Below, one piece after another: positions 39,568-49,818 of a stretch of DNA of 64,000 nucleotides. The notes beneath the pieces are model-generated. The model searched no databases. It was not told where the DNA came from and saw nothing but the letters and a program-made list of their open reading frames with translations. The stretch comes from Aureliella sp. GTDB taxonomy: Bacteria; Planctomycetota; Planctomycetia; Pirellulales; Pirellulaceae. The stretch spans positions 3,840,001 through 3,904,000 of the forward strand of contig OY829846.1 of NCBI GenBank assembly GCA_963691875.1, read 5' to 3'. The position numbers and the translations under genes were made by a program. Each line of letters starts with the position of its first letter. The stretch's first letter is position 1.

Positions 39568-42500
39568 ATGCAAAAGGCATCTGTTGACTCAACCCACCTC
39601 TTCCACCTATCCAGAACCACTCTCATTTCAGTGGATCAATGCATAGACGGACCAAGTGCCTTGTCATTTACTGTTTGCAAACTCGAACGACGCTGTCGCA
39701 TCGATCACTTTACTCGGCTGAAAGAATGGTTGCCGGATGTTTTCGTATCTCAGTTCGCCTTCATTCTGGTTTTCCTCCTGGCTTGCGGCTTCACCTGCCC
39801 CTTCGCCAACGCACAGTTCGCACCGCGCACCGAATCGAAAGTCTTTCGAGCCCCAAGCACTTCAATTTCTACCACGGATTCATCGTCCTTACAAAATGCA
39901 ATCGTCAGGCACTGCCAACCCGATGCTGCGCTGCGCTGCGTGACTATCGTCGCACCACGGCGGCTCTGTGCCCTGGGCGATAGCGGTGCGATCTTAATCT
40001 CTGAAGACCAAGGCGAAACTTGGAAGCCAGCCGAGTGCCCGACCTACTTCAATCTGCGGGCAGTCGGGTTCATTGACGAGAATTTTGGGATCGCCGTTGG
40101 CGGCAGCGTTGGTAGCTACAGCGGAATCAGCCGCGGAGTGCTGCTGCAAACTAGCGACGGTGGCAGCACATGGAGAACGATCGCAAATGATCTTCCCAAT
40201 TTGCATGGAATAGCCGTTCTTAATAGCCAGCTGATAGCATGGGGCGACTTCGATCCGAGAAGGCAAACCGGCGTCTATCGCTCGGCAGACTTGGGAGCAA
40301 CCTGGCAAGGCCTGGATACCGGACTCGGTGCTGTCACGCATGCTAAAATCGTGAACGAACAGTTCTTTTTCGCGACAAACGATAAAAATCAAGCCGTCGT
40401 TTTGGATCTTATTCAAAACAAAAAAAGGACCTTCCAACTACCTGATTCAAGCGGCCCACTTCAACTTCATTTCACAGGCAGACAGTGGCTGTGCCTTGGA
40501 CCGGGCGGACAACTTTACTCCAGCCCCGACGTAGAAAACTGGACACCTGTCTCATTGCCGCTCTCGGCAAGTGCACGATCGCTGTGTCAGTGGAGCGTCC
40601 TCCATCAGCAAGGCGATACGATTTGGGTTGGCGGCTTTCCCGGTTCAACCATTGCTCGAAGTGGCGATCGAGGTTTGACTTGGCAACTAATCAAAACGGA
40701 ATCGGGCATTCCCCACCACTGTTTCGCCTTTCAAGACGAGCTTCGTGGTTGGGCCTGCGGTCCGTTTGGACGAATTCTCCAAACGCAGGATGGTGGTCTT
40801 ACATGGAAACGACAGCACGGTACGTCCCAAGCTGGACTGCTCGCGTTTCAGCACCAGTTGGCTTGGCCAGCTCTGGTCGCTTCGGTGTGGGAACATCGCT
40901 TGCCAACAGTCGCGTTACTTGACGAACAAACCGATGGGGCGACACCTAACGCCGCTTCAATTCAACTCGATTACGCAAATCGGATTGGCATCCACACGCG
41001 GTCGCCTCAAGCCAAGCAGACGCTGCCGCACTGGCTTGTGCAGATTGCGGCATGGCAGCCAGCGATCTTGCTCTGCGACTCACCACAACAGGCAAACCAA
41101 CTCGCTACCTTGCAAGCCACCGTTTCGGAAAGCTTGAACATTCACGACCACGAAAAGCAGTCGTCAGAACTGCTTCGCGAATTGGGACTGAACTACACAC
41201 TTGCCCGTGAAGCTGTTCAGAAGGTTGTCTGGTGCGACGCGAAGGATGATAGCAACTACAACATCGAGTCCAGCTTTCTCCTCAAGGATTTCGGTCTAGC
41301 AGTCTGGGACATTCTAAGCGGGTTATCTCCACTGCACAGTAACTCAGCCACAGCTTCGAGCATGCAGACCCTTTGGAGTCGCAGTCACAATCGCTCGGCC
41401 AGAGACCAGCTTACGGGTGCGATGGCGCTAGAGCCAAGTCGATTCCTTACTAGCCCTCGTGGGCAGCTTGGCAACTACCAGCTGATCATGGGGCGAGTGC
41501 ATCGACAAAGCTCTTTTGCGCAGCTAGCTCACCAAACAACGTCCATAAAACAATGGAGCAACGACTTAGCGTTTCTGACCCGCAGCCTACCAAAGCATGA
41601 AGTTGCACCTCAGCTATGGACGCTCTACCGCCAGCTCGGAGACCAATACGCTTTCGAAAGAAAGATGGCGGTGCTGACGACACTCATCGATGGCCAGCCG
41701 CGATCTGACGCCGCGGCATGGGCCATGCTTCGCTGGCTGCGTAGCCAAGGTTCCCAAGAACTCGCTATCCTGAAGAGGACAGCTTCCAAGCTTGACGACG
41801 ACAAGGTTGTTACAGCAGTGGGTGGTGTGCCTGACAATGATGCTGGTATTTCAAAACTGGGTGAATCGCCATGGAACGCATCTCCCTTTGGCAAAACAAC
41901 TAACAGCGACACGAACTCTATTCCGATTGAGAATGCAGGCGCAGGGGTAATTTCCGCTTCGACCATCACATCCACGACCGGACAGCAACCCAATCTGAAT
42001 CTGTGGTTCTCCAAGCTGGGGCAGTTTGCTCAGTTTGAACCCCGCTTGCTACAACGGGCCGACGTACAACTCCTGAGCTTTGCCCGCTCGAGGTTCTTGC
42101 ACTCCGGTGCGAGTGCGGACCTCTCGCGTCTGGAGCAACTTTTGGCCCGTAAGGAACAATCGCTGTGGCGTGAGTTAGCCCTACAAGAGACGCGTATTCA
42201 CAAGGGACTTTGGGAACAGCTTGATCAGATCTGTAAGATTCGACCGACATCTGAACGCCCGTTTCTAGATGGAGAACTAACTGATGTTCTTTGGCAAAAC
42301 GCGGCCCTCACGAAGTTAGACGGAACAAAACCCTCGGACTCTCCAGCAACCACGATCCGCTGGGCGTACGACACTGACTACTTGTATTTGGCAGTCAGTA
42401 CCCCAAGCTCAGCGGTGCAACAACAGGCACCGCTGGCGACCACTCGGAAGCACGATGCAGACCTAAGTTCCATGCAACGCGTTGAGATCAAGCTTGATAC

Positions 42501-42849
42501 GGATCGTGACTATCAAAGCGTCATCCATCTAGCCATTGGAGAGAACGGAGAGACGTTTGATCGATGCAGCGGATTCCGGAGCTACAATCCCAAATGGCAC
42601 GTCGCCGTGAGCCGTGCCGAAGACAGTTGGACGGCTGAAATAGCCATTCCACGCGATAGTCTTACCGAATTCGACTGGACAGGCTCGGCCTGGGGACTGA
42701 CTGCAGAATACCATCTAGGCAGTCAGAAACTCCAGTCCTGGGGCGGAGCGCCAGCAGACTACACTAAACAGAATCCCGAACCATCGCGCGGCGTGTTATT
42801 CTTCGCAACAGAGCCACTTTCAGTCACAGCGCGCGGTGTCAACGAGTGA
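39568..42849 (+). CDS. YCF48/BNR-repeat beta-propeller protein with C-terminal CBM9-like domain
   Basis: Asp-box repeats (SEDQGETW, TSDGGSTW, SADLGATW, SGDRGLTW, TQDGGLTW). C-terminal PFLDGELTD..W, AYD..YLYLA and WTAEIAIP. The real start is probably near TTG 39730, before the signal peptide. Confidence 0.8.
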   Translation: MQKASVDSTHLFHLSRTTLISVDQCIDGPSALSFTVCKLERRCRIDHFTRLKEWLPDVFVSQFAFILVFLLACGFTCPFANAQFAPRTESKVFRAPSTSISTTDSSSLQNAIVRHCQPDAALRCVTIVAPRRLCALGDSGAILISEDQGETWKPAECPTYFNLRAVGFIDENFGIAVGGSVGSYSGISRGVLLQTSDGGSTWRTIANDLPNLHGIAVLNSQLIAWGDFDPRRQTGVYRSADLGATWQGLDTGLGAVTHAKIVNEQFFFATNDKNQAVVLDLIQNKKRTFQLPDSSGPLQLHFTGRQWLCLGPGGQLYSSPDVENWTPVSLPLSASARSLCQWSVLHQQGDTIWVGGFPGSTIARSGDRGLTWQLIKTESGIPHHCFAFQDELRGWACGPFGRILQTQDGGLTWKRQHGTSQAGLLAFQHQLAWPALVASVWEHRLPTVALLDEQTDGATPNAASIQLDYANRIGIHTRSPQAKQTLPHWLVQIAAWQPAILLCDSPQQANQLATLQATVSESLNIHDHEKQSSELLRELGLNYTLAREAVQKVVWCDAKDDSNYNIESSFLLKDFGLAVWDILSGLSPLHSNSATASSMQTLWSRSHNRSARDQLTGAMALEPSRFLTSPRGQLGNYQLIMGRVHRQSSFAQLAHQTTSIKQWSNDLAFLTRSLPKHEVAPQLWTLYRQLGDQYAFERKMAVLTTLIDGQPRSDAAAWAMLRWLRSQGSQELAILKRTASKLDDDKVVTAVGGVPDNDAGISKLGESPWNASPFGKTTNSDTNSIPIENAGAGVISASTITSTTGQQPNLNLWFSKLGQFAQFEPRLLQRADVQLLSFARSRFLHSGASADLSRLEQLLARKEQSLWRELALQETRIHKGLWEQLDQICKIRPTSERPFLDGELTDVLWQNAALTKLDGTKPSDSPATTIRWAYDTDYLYLAVSTPSSAVQQQAPLATTRKHDADLSSMQRVEIKLDTDRDYQSVIHLAIGENGETFDRCSGFRSYNPKWHVAVSRAEDSWTAEIAIPRDSLTEFDWTGSAWGLTAEYHLGSQKLQSWGGAPADYTKQNPEPSRGVLFFATEPLSVTARGVNE

Positions 42850-42912
42850 GTCACCAAGTTCTCAGGCTTGGCTTCCCATTGCTTGAGTTTCTTTGAGATG
42901 CCCTCCCACTTT

Positions 42913-43509
42913 TCATCCGGCACGACGGCGCTCTCGTTCTGCAATCAAGCTCTCACAAATTGCTTCCAACTCGAGTATCTTCTTGCCTCGACGACCGACA
43001 ACCCGGGTGCCATGTCCCTTGCCGACTAGGATCTCAAATTCCGCCACGTCCTGACCGACTAGTGTTAGCGCTCCAGCAGCAGCGCCCTGCTGCATCTCAA
43101 CTCCAGGCAGCACAACCGAATGCGCCCCGACGATCACGTGCTTCTGCAGCGAAACTGGCCCTTGACGAACCGCTCTGACTTCATCAGGGACAGTCGGGTT
43201 AGTCATGTGCCCTCCAGTATAGTCATCCGTAGCAGTGTAGATGCTCACGCGAGATGACAGCCCACTGTAATCTTCCAACTTTATTTTTCCACCGCCGCCA
43301 AAAAGATAACATCCAGATGCAACATGCACACACTTGCCAATGCAGATCCCATCTTCTCCAGCGGAAAGCATGCTGAAGCAGTCGATGCGTGAATAGTCGC
43401 CTACTCGGATCCGCTCAGCACCGTAGAACTCGACACTCCGATGAATTTTCACATCTCTTCCGACATGCGCAAAACCAATTGCATCTATCTCGTCTCGACT
43501 TAGATTCAT
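42913..43509 (-). CDS. vioB: VioB-like hexapeptide-repeat N-acetyltransferase (dTDP-4-amino-4,6-dideoxyglucose acyltransferase)
   Basis: GF..VG..VKI, RID.FS.LSAG..GI.IG, SSRVSIY...DDY.G..MTNP.VP and KHVIVG..SVVLPGV follow the VioB pattern as recalled. GGAG SD before the ATG at 43509 (ORF extends to 43554). Confidence 0.72.
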   Translation of the reverse strand: MNLSRDEIDAIGFAHVGRDVKIHRSVEFYGAERIRVGDYSRIDCFSMLSAGEDGICIGKCVHVASGCYLFGGGGKIKLEDYSGLSSRVSIYTATDDYTGGHMTNPTVPDEVRAVRQGPVSLQKHVIVGAHSVVLPGVEMQQGAAAGALTLVGQDVAEFEILVGKGHGTRVVGRRGKKILELEAICESLIAERERRRAG

Positions 43510-43852
43510 CGTCTTTCTCCGTGCGGCGAATCGGTGCTCCGCTGGCTGAACCATTTGCTTTGTTTATCGGTCACTCCGTCGCGAAACTGCGCTTGCCGAA
43601 TCTGCAATTAACAGAGAACCCGAAGAATCAACAAAGCCTAACATCCACTCTCCTCACGTGACTTGGCAAAGCAATTCCGTTGCTACACAGGACTTCTGAC
43701 AATCTCAGCATGGCTTCATTCTGAATCCCCAGCGTAATTTACGCCTCTCAATCGCCATTAGAAATCGCGAGTGCAACCAATCTGCTAGCGATGGAAGACA
43801 TGTACTAGGTCAAGATAAGTACTGATCGATTCCACTATCGGGTTTTGAAAAC

Positions 43853-45925
43853 ATGACAACTGCTGCGTTGATGCGCAAGGCTCTTCAAAAGCACCAGGCC
43901 GGTGACCTCGATTCAGCCGGTCGCATGTACAGTGAAATTTTGGAAAAAAACCCTGCGGATGCCGAAGCTTGGCACCTCGCTGGCGTGCTATCCCATCAGA
44001 TGGGCCAAGGTGCAAATTCGATCGCATTCATGAAGCGAGCCATCGAACTCAACGATCAGATTCCCTCCTACTATCTCAATCTTGCCACAAGCCTCATCGA
44101 GCAAGACAAAGCATCTGAGGCAAAGCAAGTTATCGAACGTGGTCTGCAGATTGACCCCAAGAGTGTTTTGGCCTGGAACGTACTCGGAGTAAGCCATCTG
44201 GAATTAGCTAATTATCCCGCGGCAGAAGAAGCACTGAAGCGAGCGGCAGAGCTGAGCGATGGCTCCGCCGAACCTGCCTGCAATCTCTGTCAACTTTACT
44301 TTAAGATCGGTGATCTAGATGCATCACTTCGGTGGGGCAGAAAAGCACTTGAAATCGATCCTGACTATTACCAAGCCATCAACAACTTGGCATCCACATA
44401 CCGCGGGCTACAGCGATTCGAAGAGGCGAAAGAGCACTTCGAGCGAGCAATTGTCCTGGCGGCAGGCAAAATCGACAAAGATATGATGCTCTCGCTAAGA
44501 GTCAACCTGTGCGGCGTCCTTGCCTCACTGGGACTCTTTGCCGATGCTGAAAAACTACTGATCGAGTCGCTGGAGCAAGACCCATGTCATGGTCGGTCAT
44601 GGAATGCGCTCGGACAACTTTGCCTCGAGATGGGACGACCTCACGAAGCAACGAAGTGCTTTCAAAAAGCAGTCGAAATCAACGCAGAAGATCGCATCGC
44701 TGTAAGCAACTTACTGTACGGATTAAATGTTAATCTCGAGCTGGATCGGCAACAGCAATTAAAAACCCACGTCGCACTCACGAGTAGCCTACCGCGGCGT
44801 GCGAATCCAACCTTTCACAACAATCGTAACCCCAATCGTAAACTTCGTATTGGTTACGTCTCCGCCGACTTTCGCAAACACGCTATGTACGGCTTTTTGA
44901 CACCCATCTTGAAGCAACACGATCGCAGCCAGTTTGAAATATTTGGCTACTCGGAAGTACAGTGTCCAGATCAGACCACCGTCGAATACTCGAGACAGTG
45001 CGACGGGTGGTTGAGCACCGTTGGTTTGCATGGCAGTCAGATTCAGCAAGCGATCGAGAGCGATCGAATCGATATTCTTATCGACCTAACGGGCCACACA
45101 GCAGGCAATCGACTCGATATCTTCGCCTTGAAGTCCGCTCCGGTTCAGGTTTCGATGATCGGCTACTTGAATACCACTGGACTACCCGAGATGAATTACT
45201 ACATCTCAGACGAAATCCGAGATCCTGCTGCTGAAGACCACTACTACACCGAAGAAGTTGTACGCTTGCCTAGTGGTGGTATCGCTTGGCTGCCCCCGAA
45301 AGAAGCGCCCAATGTCGGACCTTCGCCTTGGATTGAGAATGATTTGATCACTTTTGGTTCAACACATCGATTGAACAAAATGAACGATCACACTCTAAAT
45401 CTGTGGTCGACCCTCTTGAAATGCGTGCCAGATTCGCGCTTACTGCTGTTCCGCAACGATTTTCTAGATAGCGAAGACACGCAGGCTCGAACCCTGACTC
45501 GTCTTCATGAAGCAGGCTTGCCTGAGGACCGAGTCTTCCTCGCCTGGGATACCGAACGCAAGTACTTACACGCCTACAATGCATTCGACATTCTGCTGGA
45601 GTGCATTCCCTGGGCGAGCGGGACGACAGCCCTAGAATCACTCTGGATGGGAGTGCCAATCCCAACGCTCTACGGCGATCGACCTTCCTGCAGACCGACA
45701 GCTTCTGCCCTCAATCGAGTCGGTATGAAAGAATTAGTCGCATACTCGGAAGAAGAGTACGTCGACATCGTGGCGAAACTAGCTGCAGACCGGGAGCGAA
45801 TCTCAGAGCTACGAACTGTTTCGCGCGAGCGAATGCGAGAAACGATCTGCAACCCAGGTCAGTTCATACAAGAACTCGAAGCGACTTATCGACAAATGTG
45901 GGAGCGTTGGTGCCATGGAGAGTGA
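43853..45925 (+). CDS. TPR-containing GT41 glycosyltransferase (SPINDLY/OGT-like)
   Basis: About 8-9 TPRs, then LRIGYVSADFRKH, IDILIDLTGHTAGNRL, APVQVSMIGYLNTTGL, ITFGS and GTTALESLWMGVP. Confidence 0.92.
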   Translation: MTTAALMRKALQKHQAGDLDSAGRMYSEILEKNPADAEAWHLAGVLSHQMGQGANSIAFMKRAIELNDQIPSYYLNLATSLIEQDKASEAKQVIERGLQIDPKSVLAWNVLGVSHLELANYPAAEEALKRAAELSDGSAEPACNLCQLYFKIGDLDASLRWGRKALEIDPDYYQAINNLASTYRGLQRFEEAKEHFERAIVLAAGKIDKDMMLSLRVNLCGVLASLGLFADAEKLLIESLEQDPCHGRSWNALGQLCLEMGRPHEATKCFQKAVEINAEDRIAVSNLLYGLNVNLELDRQQQLKTHVALTSSLPRRANPTFHNNRNPNRKLRIGYVSADFRKHAMYGFLTPILKQHDRSQFEIFGYSEVQCPDQTTVEYSRQCDGWLSTVGLHGSQIQQAIESDRIDILIDLTGHTAGNRLDIFALKSAPVQVSMIGYLNTTGLPEMNYYISDEIRDPAAEDHYYTEEVVRLPSGGIAWLPPKEAPNVGPSPWIENDLITFGSTHRLNKMNDHTLNLWSTLLKCVPDSRLLLFRNDFLDSEDTQARTLTRLHEAGLPEDRVFLAWDTERKYLHAYNAFDILLECIPWASGTTALESLWMGVPIPTLYGDRPSCRPTASALNRVGMKELVAYSEEEYVDIVAKLAADRERISELRTVSRERMRETICNPGQFIQELEATYRQMWERWCHGE

Positions 45926-47249
45926 TTTCACATCTCAAGCTACGAGTTCCTTTTTCTCACCGGCAACTGGACTCAACAGCATTGAATTTCAGGAAGCCGG
46001 TACGAGCCGCACCGACACAGGCTTACTTAAGCTCTCGGTTCCGGCCTTTCCCGAAGCGAAGCACGTCGGCCGCCCAGTGGTGCTTGACCCGGATAACTTC
46101 ATACGGCGAGTGCAAGGAGTCGTTGATCGCTGCTGGCTAACCAATAATGGACCTGAAGTGCAGGAATTTGAACAAAGAGTTGCATCGCACCTCGGTGTTC
46201 GCCACTGCATCGCAACCTGCAACGGCACCGTCGCCTTATCACTCACCGCCCAGTGCTTGCAGCTCCAAGGCGAAATCATTGTTCCCTCCTTCACCTTTAT
46301 TGCTACGCCTCACGCGTTTGCCAGTATCGGACTAACACCGCGTTTTGCGGACGTCGATCCTGAAACTGGCTGCATTGATGTTGAGAGCGTTCGCAGTATG
46401 ATTGGCCCCGCAACCACGGCGATTGTGGGTGTTCACCTGTGGGGGCACACTTGCGAAGTCGAGAAGCTTCAGCAACTGTCCAACGATCATCAACTGAAAC
46501 TGCTTTTCGACGCGTCCCATGCCTTCGGGACCACCCACAACGGAATGTACGTGGGTGGATTCGGCGAGGCGGAGACCTTTAGCTTCCATGCCACCAAATA
46601 CATCAACGCCGCCGAAGGAGGAGCCGTAACAACCAACTCTGACGAACTAGCCGCAAGACTTCGAGCAGCAAGAAACTTCGGATTCACCAATGTGGATCAA
46701 GTCGAGCATCTCGGTATTAACGCCAAGATGAATGAGCTATCAGCTGCGATGGGCAACACCTCGTTGGATACCTACACCCGACGGCTCACCATCAACGAGA
46801 ATAACTTTAGAAGCTACCAACAGAATCTGGAAGGTATTGCTGGTCTAGAGCTGGTCAAGTTTCCGCAAGCCGAGGTAAATAACTATCAGTATGTCGTAGT
46901 CAAAATCGACTCCGCCAATTTCGGTTGCGATCGTGATCAGCTGCTTTCCACTTTGGTACAACACAACATTCTAGCTCGCCGCTACTTCTACCCAGGATGT
47001 CACCGCGCTGAACCCTACGCCTCGGCGTCGTGCTCTCCACTTCCGAATACAGATTCTCTTAGCAACCAAGTCCTCTCATTGCCGACCGGTCCCGATATCT
47101 GCGAAGAAGACGTAGTCAAGATCTGCGAAGTCATCCGCAGATCACAGCGGATCTCTGCCAGCGAACACCTCCAAAGTGCGCCAGCTCCGTTTTCCTCCAG
47201 AGTACCGCGTAGTAGAACGCAGCATCACTTGTCTTCGATCGAAGACTAA
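45915..47249 (+). CDS. vioA: DesI/VioA-like dTDP-4-amino-4,6-dideoxyglucose transaminase (DegT/DnrJ family)
   Basis: VGRP, WLTNNGP, GVRHCIATCN, GVHLWG, FDASHA, FSFHATK (PLP Lys), NFGF, GINAKM, NNYQY, RYFYPGCH..EPY and LSLPTG motifs. Confidence 0.8.
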   Translation: MESDFTSQATSSFFSPATGLNSIEFQEAGTSRTDTGLLKLSVPAFPEAKHVGRPVVLDPDNFIRRVQGVVDRCWLTNNGPEVQEFEQRVASHLGVRHCIATCNGTVALSLTAQCLQLQGEIIVPSFTFIATPHAFASIGLTPRFADVDPETGCIDVESVRSMIGPATTAIVGVHLWGHTCEVEKLQQLSNDHQLKLLFDASHAFGTTHNGMYVGGFGEAETFSFHATKYINAAEGGAVTTNSDELAARLRAARNFGFTNVDQVEHLGINAKMNELSAAMGNTSLDTYTRRLTINENNFRSYQQNLEGIAGLELVKFPQAEVNNYQYVVVKIDSANFGCDRDQLLSTLVQHNILARRYFYPGCHRAEPYASASCSPLPNTDSLSNQVLSLPTGPDICEEDVVKICEVIRRSQRISASEHLQSAPAPFSSRVPRSRTQHHLSSIED

Positions 47250-47660
47250 GCAAATGGCGCAGTCACCTTACTCATTACCGCCAAGTCTCCGCAGATCGGT
47301 ACAGACTACCGAATCGCTCCATTACGCTGGCCTGCAGAGCCGGTTGACCCACCGAGTTTTACTAACTGGACGAAAACTCTGATGGTCGGGCGTGGCTTCG
47401 ACAAAAGCTGTCAATGCAATCATGACAGATGACCTTCGATGACGAAGCAGGACATCGAATGCATAGTCTTATACGTCACGCTGCGCGAAGAGTGCTTCTT
47501 TCGAAACGCTTCATCATGATTGCTCTTCGCGTCAAGTAGGCGCCATTTTGCGACGCTCATCCACGCTCCATTTCTTTGGCTGAGTTTCGCCCCCCTTCCC
47601 GAACTTACGTCCCAGCTGGAAACCCTCACCGGAATCTAGCGCATCCCGTGGAGAAGAACG

Positions 47661-48008
47661 ATGCACCTGAAACGCATTAGTTCCCTTGCACTGGTCGTTG
47701 CAATATTTTTTGCAGCCAACCTCAGTGCTCAAGAGGCAGCCGAAATCGAGACTGCCACCGCCGAACCACTACCGCTCACCACCTCGTCCTCGCAAATCGA
47801 GATTAAACCACCCTCTATCGCTCAGCAGCGAGCTCAGTATGAGGCTGACCAGCGCATGATGCGCATGGAATGGAACAAGTGGATCGGCTACAGCCCACTG
47901 CGTCCAAACATGAACGCGAGCTACTACTCCAATGGCTTCCAACGGTACTACATACCCTCGCGAGGCGTGTTCATTTCTGGATATCAGACTCGAACTTGGT
48001 ACTGGTAG
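47661..48008 (+). CDS. Small secreted hypothetical protein
   Basis: Signal peptide (LALVVAIFFAANLSA), QRA..EA.QR..R...KW.GYSPLRP motif and aromatic tail. GGAG SD upstream, terminator downstream. Confidence 0.8.
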   Translation: MHLKRISSLALVVAIFFAANLSAQEAAEIETATAEPLPLTTSSSQIEIKPPSIAQQRAQYEADQRMMRMEWNKWIGYSPLRPNMNASYYSNGFQRYYIPSRGVFISGYQTRTWYW

Positions 48009-48049
48009 ACATAACAGACTGTTGACCACCAATTCTGAAAACCATCCCC

Positions 48050-48084
48050 AAACGGCTGCGGGCCTCCGCAGCCGTTTTCTTTTT
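48050..48084 (+). terminator. Rho-independent terminator
   Basis: AAACGGCTGCG-GGCCTC-CGCAGCCGTTT stem-loop followed by a T-rich tract. Confidence 0.85.
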
Positions 48085-48220
48085 GGTTTGAGTCATCAAG
48101 TGACTCTAGTTTGTACCGCATTTCTCGGTATCAGAGGCGTGTCTGAACATCGATGTCCTTTCGCGAAGCGCTGGTACCATCCCGTTATTTAGAGCTATGC
48201 GGTCTTGCAGCCCTCGGGCG

Positions 48221-48500
48221 TCATTTCGTTCGTACGTTGAAAGAACTCAGTCCAAAACAGCGGTGCATAAATGCTAAGATCTTTTCCCTGCAGATCGTTT
48301 CGCCATTTCGATGACTGGCGTGTTCTCCACCCTTGATTAAAACAATTTCTTTGTTTGCTTCAGCAGTCGCATCATAAAGCTGTCTGGACATAACGGATGG
48401 AACCTTTGAGTCTGCCGTTCCTTGCAAATAGAGAAACGTCGGAGTACAGCTGGCTCCGGGAAGCCAGTATCCATGGACAGCAGTCGGAGACCCTTTACTT
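48221..48500 (-). pseudogene. Internally deleted alpha/beta-hydrolase remnant
   Basis: One frame reads VHGYWLPGASCTPTFLYLQG-TADSKVPSVMSRQLYDAT...IKGGEH. N-terminal and C-terminal hydrolase motifs are fused with no GxSxG, and there is an upstream in-frame stop. Confidence 0.55.
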
Positions 48501-48905
48501 CGCGTTTTCTATCTGTGAAGACGAAAACTACCAGGCAATCGATGGAACGGGGAATCGGGCTGTCGCTCCAGATGGCAAAGGGCTGTTTATCAGAACGTCG
48601 CACTTCGAGGAAAAAGTCTTGCAACATCTCAATGGAAAAGGCAGTTCGAAGCTTCCTGCTCAACAGAACTGGATGTCAAATGTTGTTAATGTACACGCTG
48701 GCTATCAACTGTTGCTCGACATTATCGTCAACGCTCCACTTTCAGATGGTGGCGCGAGTTCAGGCCGCGAGGGTTAGTTCGTAGATCTTCTCGATGTCTC
48801 TTCCTCCGAGTGGGGCGAGCTACAAAAGTGATGCAACCAGATCTATTTGTGCTAATCTAGGCCTTCCATATTCGAATTTTGTCCTACTGGTTTGACGGAG
48901 TCCCG

Positions 48906-49619
48906 ATGGATCAAGTGCTAAATATAGTTGGGCTAACCTTGATGGCTGGTGCTGCCATGCCTGTCGGCGCAGCGTTGGCCTGTGCGGATTCGGTCTTTCC
49001 GAAATGGCTCAGCTCAGAAGTACGCCACGGAATCATGGCATTTGGTGGAGGCGCCCTGGTCTCCGCCGTGGCGCTGGTGTTGGTACCCGAAGGCTGTGAG
49101 GCACTGACGGTCGTCCCCGCTGCTTTGTCATTTGCCGCTGGTGGAGTCGCGTTCATGGCACTTGACATGTGGCTTGCTTACACAAAGAGTCCCGCCGGTC
49201 AACTCGCCGCCATGCTATCGGACTTTGTTCCAGAAGCATTGGCATTAGGAGCCGCCTTTTCGACGGGTAGTTCTGTTGGGCCGCTGCTTGCCGGACTAAT
49301 CGCCATTCAGAATCTGCCTGAAGGATTCAATGCCTACCGGGAGATGACGGAGTCGGGTCGTATCAAGGGCCGGCCAGTCATCGTAGCCTTTTCTCTCATG
49401 GCTCTACTCGGACCTTTGTCTGGACTGCTCGGATTCTTCTTTCTGGGCCAGCTTCCCCATCTGCTCGGAGTCATCATGCTGTTCGCGAGCGGTGGCATCT
49501 TGTATGTCGTTTTCCAAGACATAGCGCCAGACGCAAGGGTTGAAAATCGCTGGACTCCCGCCTTGGGGGCCGTGGTAGGTTTTCTTCTGGGACTCGTGGG
49601 GAACATGCTTGTGGCCTAG
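48906..49619 (+). CDS. ZIP/GufA-family divalent metal transporter
   Basis: AFGGGAL..V..VLVPEG, DFVPEALALG, IQNLPEGF and ASGGILY....DI.P motifs. GGAG SD before the ATG at 48906. Confidence 0.9.
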   Translation: MDQVLNIVGLTLMAGAAMPVGAALACADSVFPKWLSSEVRHGIMAFGGGALVSAVALVLVPEGCEALTVVPAALSFAAGGVAFMALDMWLAYTKSPAGQLAAMLSDFVPEALALGAAFSTGSSVGPLLAGLIAIQNLPEGFNAYREMTESGRIKGRPVIVAFSLMALLGPLSGLLGFFFLGQLPHLLGVIMLFASGGILYVVFQDIAPDARVENRWTPALGAVVGFLLGLVGNMLVA

Positions 49620-49818
49620 GAATGCACATCGATGCTAGTTCTCGACCACTGTCTTCCCCATAGCCTTTCCACTGGCCAATCGTTCGTAAGCCTTCCCAAC
49701 GTCGGCGAGCGAAAAATGAACCTCGTCTCTTTCGTGCTGGCAGTCGATCGCCCTGGACCCAAAGGTCGTAGTTCGCGGTAGGATCGACGGTGACTATCGG
49801 AGCGCGTCTTCTTCCGCC

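Noticed and set aside
39568..42849. Photosystem II assembly role from YCF48-like repeats
   Set aside because: These are generic Asp-box propeller repeats in a much larger protein, and there are no photosynthesis genes.
48397..48777. 126 aa plus-strand ORF as a real gene
   Set aside because: It has no recognisable motif and overlaps the minus-strand hydrolase remnant, which explains the sequence better.
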